Sequence record: NC_070956.1
DNA length: 64,000 bases
Direction: 5' to 3' (one strand)
Below the pieces are notes generated by a model. It ran no database searches. It was not told the DNA's origin and saw only the letters and a program-made list of their open reading frames with translations. Shown here piece by piece: positions 55,374 through 64,000 of the stretch (positions within the stretch are counted from its first letter, which is position 1; the number at the start of each line of letters is the position of its first letter). A program made the position numbers and the translations under genes.

Positions 55374-56888
55374 ATGACAATGAACCAACTGAACAAAATC
55401 TACGTAGCGGTCAACAAATCCCTCAACGTGGAGTTTGACGAGAACTATGCCATGTTCCTGAACATGGGTGGTGCCAAGCATCCGGTAAAGGTTGACGACA
55501 AACAAGTCTACCTGGGTGAAAGCGAAGTGCTGAACGGCGTTACCATCGGTAAGGTGATCTTCCACCCGGCCTGTGAATCCATCATGTCGAAGGAAACCGA
55601 GATCTTCAAGGTCATCCGGAAACTGACTGCCGCTCGTCTCTATCAAGTCGTGCAGCCGGTGGCACAAGTCATCTTCGCCGTGGCCGGTAAGAAGTCCGGT
55701 AAGACCCTGAACGGTAAACTGGTGGAGTTCCTGGCTCCTTTCAAGGCTGCCAGCAAGGAAGTGAAGGATGATGTACTGGCGTTGATCCAGGATATCGGTA
55801 TCACTCTGGATGGTGCCGGTATCGATAACCGGATGATCACCTTCAACATGGTGAAGGGTGGTAAGGATGCCGATGGCAACCACATCTATTACACTACCAC
55901 TCCGAGCTATCCGTACTACAACGAAGTCGTCAAGTTCATGTCGCAGAACGCCGGCAAGAAACCTGGTGACAAGGTTGTGTTCAACAAGACCAAGGTTGAC
56001 TACGCAGCACTGCTGTTGGTTGTCGCCATGTTCGAGTTGGTCTTCCCGTCGGTAACTGATCCGTCCTGCCATGCTGCCAGTGTCACCACTGCCGACTGTG
56101 CTCGACTGATCTCCTTCTTCCAGTCCTACGCACTGGTCGCATCCGAAGTGAACGCTTTCATCGGTAAGTTCCGTAAGGAATTCGATGCTATCGGGATCTA
56201 CGGTATCGATCTGAGCTGGCTGGGTGATCTGGAAACCATCGGTGAACTGAAAGACCTGATCCCGTCCATGCCGTACAACAACTACAACACCAGTTCTCCG
56301 GCCAAGGAAGCTGCTGCTGATCCGTACGCAGCACTGCTGAACACCAACCGGCAAGTGATCGCACCGACTGTGACCAACACCACCACCCAGACTCAACAGT
56401 CAGCAACTGGCCAACCGCCGGCCCCTGCCTGTAAGCCCGGTGAAGCACTGATGAGTTGCGAACTGATCCCGAGCAACGGTCTGTACGAGTTCAAGTACAG
56501 TACCGCCACCGGTATGATTCGTATCGTCACCACTGCTGAAGATGGTCGGATCCAAACCGAGTCCTACACTTCTCCGCAAGCTCTGGCTGCCAAAGCTCAG
56601 ATGCAAGCAATGAAGGAAGCCGCTCTGGGGATGGGTCTGATGATGCCCGGTATGATGCAACCGGTACCCCAGTTCGATGCGTGGGGTAATCCGATTCGTC
56701 GTCCTACCGGTATCTTCGGTCAAGTACCTCCTGGTTACTTCCGTGATTCCATGACCGGCCAACTGGTACCTGTCCAACAGGGTCACCAGCAACAAGGTGG
56801 TCTGGGTACTCAGGATGCCTGGGGTACTGGTCAACAGCAAGTTCCTTACCAGGATAACTTCTACGGTGGTTACACCAACTTCCAGTAA
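55374..56888 (+). CDS. conserved Chimalliviridae protein (phiKZ gp70-like) with a Q/G/M-rich low-complexity C-terminus
   Basis: Synteny; terminator at ~56898-56927. Confidence 0.65.
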   Translation: MTMNQLNKIYVAVNKSLNVEFDENYAMFLNMGGAKHPVKVDDKQVYLGESEVLNGVTIGKVIFHPACESIMSKETEIFKVIRKLTAARLYQVVQPVAQVIFAVAGKKSGKTLNGKLVEFLAPFKAASKEVKDDVLALIQDIGITLDGAGIDNRMITFNMVKGGKDADGNHIYYTTTPSYPYYNEVVKFMSQNAGKKPGDKVVFNKTKVDYAALLLVVAMFELVFPSVTDPSCHAASVTTADCARLISFFQSYALVASEVNAFIGKFRKEFDAIGIYGIDLSWLGDLETIGELKDLIPSMPYNNYNTSSPAKEAAADPYAALLNTNRQVIAPTVTNTTTQTQQSATGQPPAPACKPGEALMSCELIPSNGLYEFKYSTATGMIRIVTTAEDGRIQTESYTSPQALAAKAQMQAMKEAALGMGLMMPGMMQPVPQFDAWGNPIRRPTGIFGQVPPGYFRDSMTGQLVPVQQGHQQQGGLGTQDAWGTGQQQVPYQDNFYGGYTNFQ

Positions 56889-56947
56889 GACAATAAAAGC
56901 CAGGGAGCCCGTGAGGGCTCCCTGGCTCTTTATATACTTATTTTTTT

Positions 56948-57289
56948 TTATTCCCGTTGTACGCGGTTAGTCTGCGTGATCATCAGCAAGTCTTCACGAG
57001 TGATCATCTTGATTTCAGAGAGATGACTGAAGTCTGCTGTTGGATCGTCGATATCGTTGATGAACCCAATAACCCACATCATGTCTTCGGCGACTCGTTC
57101 GGTTATAGTTCCTGCACCGTACTCCCTAAGGAACTTATAGAAGTTATGACGATAGGCAAACTTCTTACCTATGTCAACAACGGGAACACTACTAGCCCTC
57201 GCTTGTAATATTTCTTTACAAGACCTGACTATTACTTTGAATTCCTTAGTGTAGAAGTAATCATTCCCACTGGCGATACGTAAAGGCAT
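56948..57289 (-). CDS. hypothetical protein (113 aa) inserted antisense in the core block
   Basis: SD AGGAG upstream on the minus strand; shares a bidirectional terminator. Confidence 0.6.
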   Translation of the reverse strand: MPLRIASGNDYFYTKEFKVIVRSCKEILQARASSVPVVDIGKKFAYRHNFYKFLREYGAGTITERVAEDMMWVIGFINDIDDPTADFSHLSEIKMITREDLLMITQTNRVQRE

Positions 57290-57328
57290 AACGACTCCTT
57301 TAAAATAATTCCCCTATATCTTTTCAAC

Positions 57329-57349
57329 CAGATATTATCTAGTTGTTAC
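57329..57349 (+). promoter_or_regulatory. putative early promoter
   Basis: TTTTCAAC-CAGATATTATCTAGTTGTTAC. Confidence 0.5.
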
Positions 57350-57371
57350 ACACAAGAAGGGTAATCAGAAA

Positions 57372-59462
57372 ATGTCCAAGAAAATAAACCAAGTAACACC
57401 AGATACCGCAGGTGTTGCGGTAGGTCTCAACGCAAACCGGATGTGTACTTCTCCATCCCGTCTGTACATGCTCTGTAAGAACCAAGGCAAAGCCGCGGTA
57501 ATCAAACACAGCACTGGCCGTTTGATGGCTACTGCTGACGAACAAGAGTATGCGCGGACTGCTCGCAAAGTAGAGACCGATGGTAACGTGGTTGTTGAAG
57601 AGGTGTTCTTCGTCAAGGATCCCAACAACACCAATCAGCCGATGATGTGGGGTACTCAATACGTCATCGTGAGAAATGAGGATACTCACGTATATGACCT
57701 GATCGAAATGTCCAAGTTCAATACCCAAAACATGGAACTGGGTTTTGAATACAAGTACAACAAGGACCTTCTCCGGACGGTTCAGAAGGGAGCCAGGTAC
57801 AAGAAGGGTACGGTGTTTGCCAGTTCTGCTCGGATTACCGAATCTGGCGAGTGGTGTCCTGGGGTAGAAACTCGTGTGGCAGCGATGTCGCATGTGGATA
57901 CCGAAGAAGATGCGGTGGTCATCTATCGCAGTTATGCCCAAAAGGTTGGTGTCGTGTTCTCCAGGGAACATCGTTATCAGTGGGACGAAGAAGACTATGT
58001 CATGCTGAACCTCTACGGAGAGCTCGATCGTCATCAGGGGTTCCCCTTCTCCGGTGAACGTGTTCGTCATGATGGGATCGTGATGGGCTTCCGTAAGAAA
58101 GATAAAACGGTAGCTCTGAACGCACTGTCCAAGCAGGCACTGATGGAGCCGGATCCGATGTATGACGTGCTGTTCTATTCCAGCCCTGACTGCATCGTAG
58201 CTGATATCCAAGTAGAAACCGAACGGTACAAAAACCAGTCCAACAACCGGAAAGCTGAAAAGCGCACGCTTCCGCACACTGCTGAACTGGAACGTATCGA
58301 AGAAATGTACAACGAGTTCTATAACCGTGTTATCCGCTGGTACAACAGCGTAAAACGCAACCATAGCGACCAGGTACCTCTTTCTCCGGCACTCTGGAAC
58401 TTCATCATCACCTGCCAGGCAAACATCACCAGGGACTTTTCTACACCCCACGCAACCGGTAAGTTCCACAAAGTAAAACGGAAGATGAGCAACATCAATC
58501 TGAAAGACTGGCGGATAACTATCAAGCTGCGGGAAGATGTTGAAGGTAAAGTACGATTCAAGAACACCGGGATGGACGGTAACAAGTCGGTCATCATGAA
58601 AGTACTTCCAGACGAGGAAGCACCGATCGATGATCACGGTAACCGTTGCGACATGATCGTAGGTAACACACCTGCATTCCGTCGACAAATCCTGGGTACA
58701 CTGATCGAACTGGATGTGAACTTTATCAACATTCATACCTATCCCAAGATCGTTGCCGCGTATGACGCCGGTGACATGGAGACAGCTTGGAACCTTGCAT
58801 CGACTTTTTACAAAACAGTTAACCCGTCCTTTGGTGAACTGGTGGAGTCTTTGAATGGTGAAGAGCGACTCAAACACCTGGCTTGGATCCGGCAGAAAGA
58901 TACTGAGTTCTCGGTACAAGCACCATCCGCAGATGGTGAAGTGGGGATCAGTATCATCGAGAGATTGAAAGAGCAGTATCCCGACATTCAACCGACCCCG
59001 GTCACCTACATTAACCAGTATGGCGATACCATCAGAACTCGTCACCCGATCGTAATCAGTTCGCTGTATTACATCATGCTGGATAAATTTGGTGATGACA
59101 TGTCCTGTCAGTCAACTCCCAAGTTCAACATCTTTGGTCTTCCTACCTCTCTGAGTAAGGATGAGCGTGCCCGGGAATTCCACCGTAGTGTGGGTAACCG
59201 AAACGTGGGTGAAACTGAAGGTCGTCTCTTCATCAACCAGAAAGGTGGTGTTGCCGCTGTAAGGACGTTGGCCTTGGGTAACTCTCCGGCATTGCTGGAA
59301 CAATCCGTACGTCGCATCATCCGTGCAGACAACCCGATGACAATCAAGTATCTGGTTAAGCCGGGTGAGGAACGTCAAAACCACGCACTCCAGGTAATGG
59401 ATAACATGTTGTCTGACTTCGGGTCGAAGCTGCGCCGCGAACGCCCGGAAGACATCGTTTAA
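57372..59462 (+). CDS. non-virion RNAP beta-like subunit, C-terminal part (phiKZ gp71-73-like), uninterrupted
   Basis: EDAVVI, G(K)VRFKNTGMDGNKSV (beta K...GNK), YYIMLDK, VGETEGR motifs. Confidence 0.88.
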   Translation: MSKKINQVTPDTAGVAVGLNANRMCTSPSRLYMLCKNQGKAAVIKHSTGRLMATADEQEYARTARKVETDGNVVVEEVFFVKDPNNTNQPMMWGTQYVIVRNEDTHVYDLIEMSKFNTQNMELGFEYKYNKDLLRTVQKGARYKKGTVFASSARITESGEWCPGVETRVAAMSHVDTEEDAVVIYRSYAQKVGVVFSREHRYQWDEEDYVMLNLYGELDRHQGFPFSGERVRHDGIVMGFRKKDKTVALNALSKQALMEPDPMYDVLFYSSPDCIVADIQVETERYKNQSNNRKAEKRTLPHTAELERIEEMYNEFYNRVIRWYNSVKRNHSDQVPLSPALWNFIITCQANITRDFSTPHATGKFHKVKRKMSNINLKDWRITIKLREDVEGKVRFKNTGMDGNKSVIMKVLPDEEAPIDDHGNRCDMIVGNTPAFRRQILGTLIELDVNFINIHTYPKIVAAYDAGDMETAWNLASTFYKTVNPSFGELVESLNGEERLKHLAWIRQKDTEFSVQAPSADGEVGISIIERLKEQYPDIQPTPVTYINQYGDTIRTRHPIVISSLYYIMLDKFGDDMSCQSTPKFNIFGLPTSLSKDERAREFHRSVGNRNVGETEGRLFINQKGGVAAVRTLALGNSPALLEQSVRRIIRADNPMTIKYLVKPGEERQNHALQVMDNMLSDFGSKLRRERPEDIV

Positions 59463-59484
59463 TAATAGCAAAGTAGGAGTTAAG

Positions 59485-61497
59485 ATGAAAAAGGTAACAC
59501 TTCGTGAATGGGCCAACCTTTCGATGGAGGCGATGTTGTTGGAAACGCAACGTCGTTTCCGTATGGAGGTGGTCGATGATAAAGACGATGTGGTGATTAC
59601 TGACTCCTGGATGATGGCGATGACCTGGTTCAGTCTCGGGGTCCATCGTCACTTCAAAGATGAACCGTACCATATCGACGAATGTTGTCTTCTGGTTTCC
59701 AATGGTGGTCGTCAAGCCTTCGTGGATGATGACACACTACAGAAACCGATCGATAACTTCCTCGGTCGTGTCATGCCCAAGTACGATGATCCGGTCATTT
59801 ACGATCTGATCAAACAACTTGTGTTTGTTTGGCATAACCAGATACACAACTATCTCTGTCTCAAAACAGAGGACGCTGCTGTGTCTGCACGGTCAACCGA
59901 AATACTGGACATTCGTAATCATCCCAGGGTTGCCGATCTGAAGCGCCGGGTGATGAGCAAAGAAGTCCACATGGCTGACGCGGCTAAAGAGTTCGAAGAG
60001 ATCATGATGGGTGAGCCTGACTTCGATCGGTCAGTGTTCGCTCTTCTTTATCGAACCCGTGGTGTTTCATCCGTTCAGTCATTCCAGTTGCTGATCTCTC
60101 GTGGTGACGTAACCGACTTGAACCAGACCATCATGCCCAACACCGTACTCGACAGTTATGCTGACGGGATTACTGATCTGGCCGACTCTCTGGCTGACTC
60201 TAAGTCCGCCGGTATCTCCCTGATCTCTAACAACGGTGCCTTGCAAGACTCCGAATGGTTCCACAAGAAGATTCACAACCACGCTCAAGTTGTTCGTGGG
60301 GTCAAGTATCAACAAGACTGTGGGTCGACGACAGGAACCATCCTGAAGATCATCTCCAAGGACTTCAGGGACTCCCTGTCCGGTAAGTATCGGATCATGC
60401 CTGATGGTAGTTCCGTACTGCTGCACAAAGACACCTTGAAGGAAATCAAGACTGGTGATATCGTTATCATCCGTTCTGTAGCCTGGTGTCACCACGGGGC
60501 TGATAAACCATGTGCTCGCTGTTTCGGCGCGATGGTCTCAGCTCTTCCCTATAACCCATATACCAAACGCAGTGCAGTACCTGGCCTGTTCTATGGTTCA
60601 ACCTTTGCAGAACCCATCGGTCAGTCTATCTTGAAGACGAAACACCGTATCGGGTCGGCAAGTACCAAGGGATATGTCGTATCTTCCCAAGACAAGGATT
60701 ACATCACCACTGATGAAGCTGGTGATTATCTCTACTTCAACGGGAAGATCCTCAATGAAGAGAGTGAACCTTTCTTGATCCTGGATAAGGAAACTCACCA
60801 AGACCTTTCTGACTATCGTGTCATTGAAAGTATGGGTGATATTCCGCAAGCCAGTCTTCGTAGCTATCAGTCTATCCGTCTGAAGATCAGTATGGAAAAC
60901 CCGATGGTTCCGGATGAACGAGCTTATCAATTCCCGATCATTGTCACCACAGTGGCAAGTCGTGATGCCAGGATGACCAAACCCTTCGTAGAGTACCTGA
61001 TGACTCAGGACATCGTCGAAGAAGGTCGTGGGTACAAGATCTCACTGAAAGACTTCGATCCCAAAGAGCCGGCGTTCATCCTTCCTCAAGTCAACGAGGA
61101 TTTGGATGCGTATCGGAAACGGGTTGAGGATTTCCTGACAGTGACTCTTCGTGGACGCCATGACCGGGAAGTAACACCGGAGATGCACGGTGAACTCATG
61201 GTAGCGTTGTGGAAGGTTGTTGACGAGAAGTATAAAGGTGCGAATATCATCATGCATGATATCTTCCTCTTTGCCGCAATGGCAAGGGATCCGCAGAACC
61301 TGAACTACTCGTTGCCAAACTGTAACGATCGCCGTGTGTTTATTGCGATGCACGAGGGTGTAATGAACCGGGGTATTGGTAACGCGATGCTCTATGGTTA
61401 TCAGAACGAATCACTGCTGAGTAACCCAGCGTGTTATCTGGTGACCAACCGTCAAATGGGTGCGCTCGAGGCATTCATGCAACCGATGTGTGTATAA
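59485..61497 (+). CDS. non-virion RNAP beta'-like subunit, C-terminal part (phiKZ gp74-like)
   Basis: QQDCGS, IIRSVAWC...CARCFG Zn site, AEPIGQSILKTKH (trigger-loop-like). Confidence 0.88.
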   Translation: MKKVTLREWANLSMEAMLLETQRRFRMEVVDDKDDVVITDSWMMAMTWFSLGVHRHFKDEPYHIDECCLLVSNGGRQAFVDDDTLQKPIDNFLGRVMPKYDDPVIYDLIKQLVFVWHNQIHNYLCLKTEDAAVSARSTEILDIRNHPRVADLKRRVMSKEVHMADAAKEFEEIMMGEPDFDRSVFALLYRTRGVSSVQSFQLLISRGDVTDLNQTIMPNTVLDSYADGITDLADSLADSKSAGISLISNNGALQDSEWFHKKIHNHAQVVRGVKYQQDCGSTTGTILKIISKDFRDSLSGKYRIMPDGSSVLLHKDTLKEIKTGDIVIIRSVAWCHHGADKPCARCFGAMVSALPYNPYTKRSAVPGLFYGSTFAEPIGQSILKTKHRIGSASTKGYVVSSQDKDYITTDEAGDYLYFNGKILNEESEPFLILDKETHQDLSDYRVIESMGDIPQASLRSYQSIRLKISMENPMVPDERAYQFPIIVTTVASRDARMTKPFVEYLMTQDIVEEGRGYKISLKDFDPKEPAFILPQVNEDLDAYRKRVEDFLTVTLRGRHDREVTPEMHGELMVALWKVVDEKYKGANIIMHDIFLFAAMARDPQNLNYSLPNCNDRRVFIAMHEGVMNRGIGNAMLYGYQNESLLSNPACYLVTNRQMGALEAFMQPMCV

Positions 61498-61507
61498 GGA
61501 GAACGTA

Positions 61508-61690
61508 ATGCGTTTCACTATTAATGAGCTGAAAGAGTTTGTAACCGGCACCGGAACCCGTCAAGCTGACGGGTCTCTCAAACCCGTTCGTCCTCACCAA
61601 CTCGGTGGACTGATTGGTTTGAAACGTCGCTTCAAAGACGCGGCACTGGTTCTCTGCAAGAAAGCTGATGTGGTGACTTGGGATGACTGA
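61508..61690 (+). CDS. small hypothetical protein (60 aa, MRFTINEL...)
   Basis: SD AAGGAG. Confidence 0.65.
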   Translation: MRFTINELKEFVTGTGTRQADGSLKPVRPHQLGGLIGLKRRFKDAALVLCKKADVVTWDD

Positions 61691-61862
61691 GTACAGCAAA
61701 CTGGATACGAGCAAGTTGATCGCGGAACTCAAAAGCCGTGGTTACGTACTCGTAGCAAGTCCTGGTAAAGGAGAACGTCCTCCCGCACCTAAACCTATCG
61801 ACCGTGGGTGTAGTTGTCACTGTGGTCGTTGTCGGCGTTACCAAACCGGCGCAACTCGTTAA
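61683..61862 (+). CDS. 59-aa Cys-rich protein (LIAELKSRGY...CSCHCGRC); missed by the ORF track
   Basis: Start overlaps the upstream stop region; paralogous N-terminus with 62043-62324; terminator follows. Confidence 0.65.
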   Translation: MTEYSKLDTSKLIAELKSRGYVLVASPGKGERPPAPKPIDRGCSCHCGRCRRYQTGATR

Positions 61863-61912
61863 CGATAGGGGAGGGGTCCTTAGGGACCTCTTCCTTATAT
61901 AGGAGTGTTGTA

Positions 61913-62083
61913 ATGTCCAAAGAAGATTTGGTTCCCAAACCAGCGTGTATGTGTTTTAAAAGGGATTGTCCGAAATGCTTCCCTGAAAAGCTTTACCATG
62001 GTGATCAGCATCCATTGATCAAGAAAGCCCAGGAGGAAACCATTGAAGAACTTAAAAGAAGTCGACAGTCAGACACTGATTGA
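61913..62083 (+). CDS. 56-aa Cys-motif protein (CMCFKRDCPKC); start revised
   Basis: SD AGGAG. Confidence 0.6.
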   Translation: MSKEDLVPKPACMCFKRDCPKCFPEKLYHGDQHPLIKKAQEETIEELKRSRQSDTD

Positions 62084-62324
62084 CGCACTCAAATCACGTG
62101 GTTACGAAGTCACCAAGAAAACAAAGAAGACCACTTGGGAACATATTCAGGAACATCTCCATCGTGAACCCCCTGAATTTCCCAAGACAACTGGTGCTTC
62201 AGGACTCCGCCCCAAGGTGACCATTTGCCGTTGCAACCACATTCTCTGTGATCGTTGTTTCCCGAGGAACACGCCCACTAAGTGTCGTTGTAAACACGCA
62301 CTTTGTCCTTTGTGCAATCTATAA
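62043..62324 (+). CDS. 93-aa protein with two CxC-x4-CxxC motifs
   Basis: SD AGGAGG, TTG start; LIDALKSRGY; CRCNHILCDRC and CRCKHALCPLC. Confidence 0.7.
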   Translation: MKNLKEVDSQTLIDALKSRGYEVTKKTKKTTWEHIQEHLHREPPEFPKTTGASGLRPKVTICRCNHILCDRCFPRNTPTKCRCKHALCPLCNL

Positions 62325-62407
62325 TAGCGACAGGGAGTAACTTCCCTGTTTACAAAACTGTATTCTTACTGTGATCAGAATGTGTTAGAGAGCAATGTTT
62401 TGTAACC

Positions 62408-62425
62408 CAATATTATTAGGGTAAA
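62408..62425 (+). promoter_or_regulatory. putative early promoter (variant)
   Basis: CAATATTATTAGGGTAAA. Confidence 0.4.
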
Positions 62426-62467
62426 ACACTTTAACCATATTTGTGTCCAAGTAGAGGTTTACGACAG

Positions 62468-64000
62468 ATGAGAAAAACGCTTGTTATATACAAGGCGCAT
62501 GCTTACGCTCGTCTGACCGGCTTTAAACCTGAACTCGTCAAAGAAGTATTAATACCGTTCTGTAAACAAAACTTCTATCGGTTTCAGAAAGTACCTGGTG
62601 AGACCTTCGGGACTACCAAGTGGGAAGTCAGTCATGTCTTCGCTAGATTCAACAGCGATAAGACAGAGTTGCGCTTTAATGCATCAATGATAGAGAACTT
62701 GGTCAACTACATGACTGCACGTGGTTATAACAAATCACGTATCGTTATTGAAGAAGAACCAGAGATCGTTCCGGTCAAGAAGAATCATGAACTACTACAA
62801 GCTGGGATAGGTCCTCGCAACGAACTCCAAGAAGAGTTTGTGAAGTTCATGGTTGAATCGCTTGGATTGGTCACCAACAACATGGGAACAGGGCAGGGTA
62901 AGACGTTCTGTGCTCTTTATAGCTCGTTCCTCATAGGAGAACGGATACTCATCACGGCACTTCCAAGGTATGTAGATATCTGGGTCAAGGCATTCGGTGA
63001 GTTTTACAAGATAGCTGCTAACGAGATAATGTTGGCGGATACCTGTAACGTTCAAGACGTTCACCAAGCAATACTGAAAGGTGCGGATCCGAAGATCATT
63101 ATTATCCCGTTAACCAAAATCGATATATACTTGAAGAAAATGAAGGAAGAACCTGAAACAACGGTTAACCTTGATCAAGTGTTCAACGATCTTGGATGTG
63201 GGGTCCGTATCATCGACGAAGCACACGAGTCCATTTACTCTGTGTATCAGTCGTTGTTGTACGGCAACCATAAGAAGACCATGATACTTTCCGCTACCCT
63301 GAAAGGTGACGATGAATTTATCAACGGGATTTATAACCAGATCTTCCCGCAAAAGAGTTACCTGAGAGCGACAGAGTACACCCAGTATATCAATGTCATT
63401 TCCTATCATTTCCGTATGGACATGTGGAAATACAAGATAAACACAAAGGGCTTTGGTGGATATTCCCATGTGAAATTTGAGCAAGGGATACTGAAGAAAC
63501 CTTATGTGATGGAAGAGTACTTCAAGATGTTGATGGGTGCGTACCGAGAGTACTTCACTGATCACTATCGAGAAGGAATGAAATCGATGTGGTTCTTCGC
63601 CACAACAGAAATGTGTGAGAAGTTCAACGAGTATTTCATCTCTCAGAAGCCTGGGGCCGACTCTATCGTCTTTACAGCAGCCATAAGTAAGAAACAACCC
63701 ACCGCATACCGGGAGCACGACAACGTTGTGACAACACCAGGTAGTTGCGGTACAGGTAAGGATATTCCGTACCTGTTCACTGTGTTTAGTCCGGTGTCTG
63801 TTTCATCCTCGCAACGGAATGACCAAATGGTCGGTCGAACACGTCCAGTTGATAAATGGTGGAGTGACCTCTTCCCATACTTCGTGTACTTCACATGTCG
63901 TGATGAACCGAAACAACTTGACTACGACAAAAAGCGTCGAGGTCTCTTTGGTCGCAAGGCCAAAAAGATAGACGTGATAGATAGTGGTTTCCGTATATAA
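62468..64000 (+). CDS. SF2 (DEAH-box) helicase (phiKZ gp75-like); start revised to MRKTLV
   Basis: Walker A GTGQGKT, IIDEAH, LSAT, GTGKDIP, QMVGRTR. Confidence 0.92.
   Translation: MRKTLVIYKAHAYARLTGFKPELVKEVLIPFCKQNFYRFQKVPGETFGTTKWEVSHVFARFNSDKTELRFNASMIENLVNYMTARGYNKSRIVIEEEPEIVPVKKNHELLQAGIGPRNELQEEFVKFMVESLGLVTNNMGTGQGKTFCALYSSFLIGERILITALPRYVDIWVKAFGEFYKIAANEIMLADTCNVQDVHQAILKGADPKIIIIPLTKIDIYLKKMKEEPETTVNLDQVFNDLGCGVRIIDEAHESIYSVYQSLLYGNHKKTMILSATLKGDDEFINGIYNQIFPQKSYLRATEYTQYINVISYHFRMDMWKYKINTKGFGGYSHVKFEQGILKKPYVMEEYFKMLMGAYREYFTDHYREGMKSMWFFATTEMCEKFNEYFISQKPGADSIVFTAAISKKQPTAYREHDNVVTTPGSCGTGKDIPYLFTVFSPVSVSSSQRNDQMVGRTRPVDKWWSDLFPYFVYFTCRDEPKQLDYDKKRRGLFGRKAKKIDVIDSGFRI

Noticed and set aside
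57339-59045. 568-aa minus-strand ORF and other long antisense ORFs (31101-32348, 53735-55396, 55362-56396, 8591-9679)
   Set aside because: All overlap well-supported genes on the opposite strand; typical antisense shadows
44715-59462. Group I introns/homing endonucleases that split the gp55 and gp71-73 RNAP genes in phiKZ
   Set aside because: Both genes are continuous ORFs here with all motifs in frame; no intron or endonuclease ORF seen

Overview
This 64 kb window comes from a phiKZ-like, nucleus-forming jumbo phage (Chimalliviridae). Family assignment and gene names rest on sequence motifs and remembered phiKZ/SPN3US gene order; no database search was run. Layout: (1) 0.4-13.2 kb is a virion module with tail tube and sheath, three gp28/27/26-like structural genes, and the terminase large subunit, which is split in its Walker A motif by a 344-aa class-3-type intein starting with Asp. 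(2) 13.5-17.1 kb carries dTMP kinase and conserved minus-strand genes. (3) 17.2-20.3 kb is an RNA island with four canonical tRNAs (Trp, Asp, Asn, Thr), glutaredoxin, a tRNA-like RNA with a 10-nt anticodon loop, an ~860-nt ORF-free and densely paired candidate large ncRNA, and two tandem ~145-nt RNAs that share a covarying terminal stem but carry different inner domains (one is a 72-nt cloverleaf). (4) 20.4-35.2 kb is an early accessory array of small unknown genes with nested paralog pairs and an origin-like intergenic region. (5) 35.3-64 kb is the nucleus core block: PhuZ tubulin, split family-B DNA polymerase, chimallin, four non-virion RNAP subunits, SbcD-like nuclease, ChmC, PicA/Imp1 and an SF2 helicase. 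Inserted in this block are a tightly linked Tad1-like plus Acb1-like anti-defence pair, an unannotated 49-aa membrane peptide with its own promoter and terminator, and three small Cys-rich proteins. The strongest candidates for something undescribed are the RNA island and the Tad1-Acb1 cassette.
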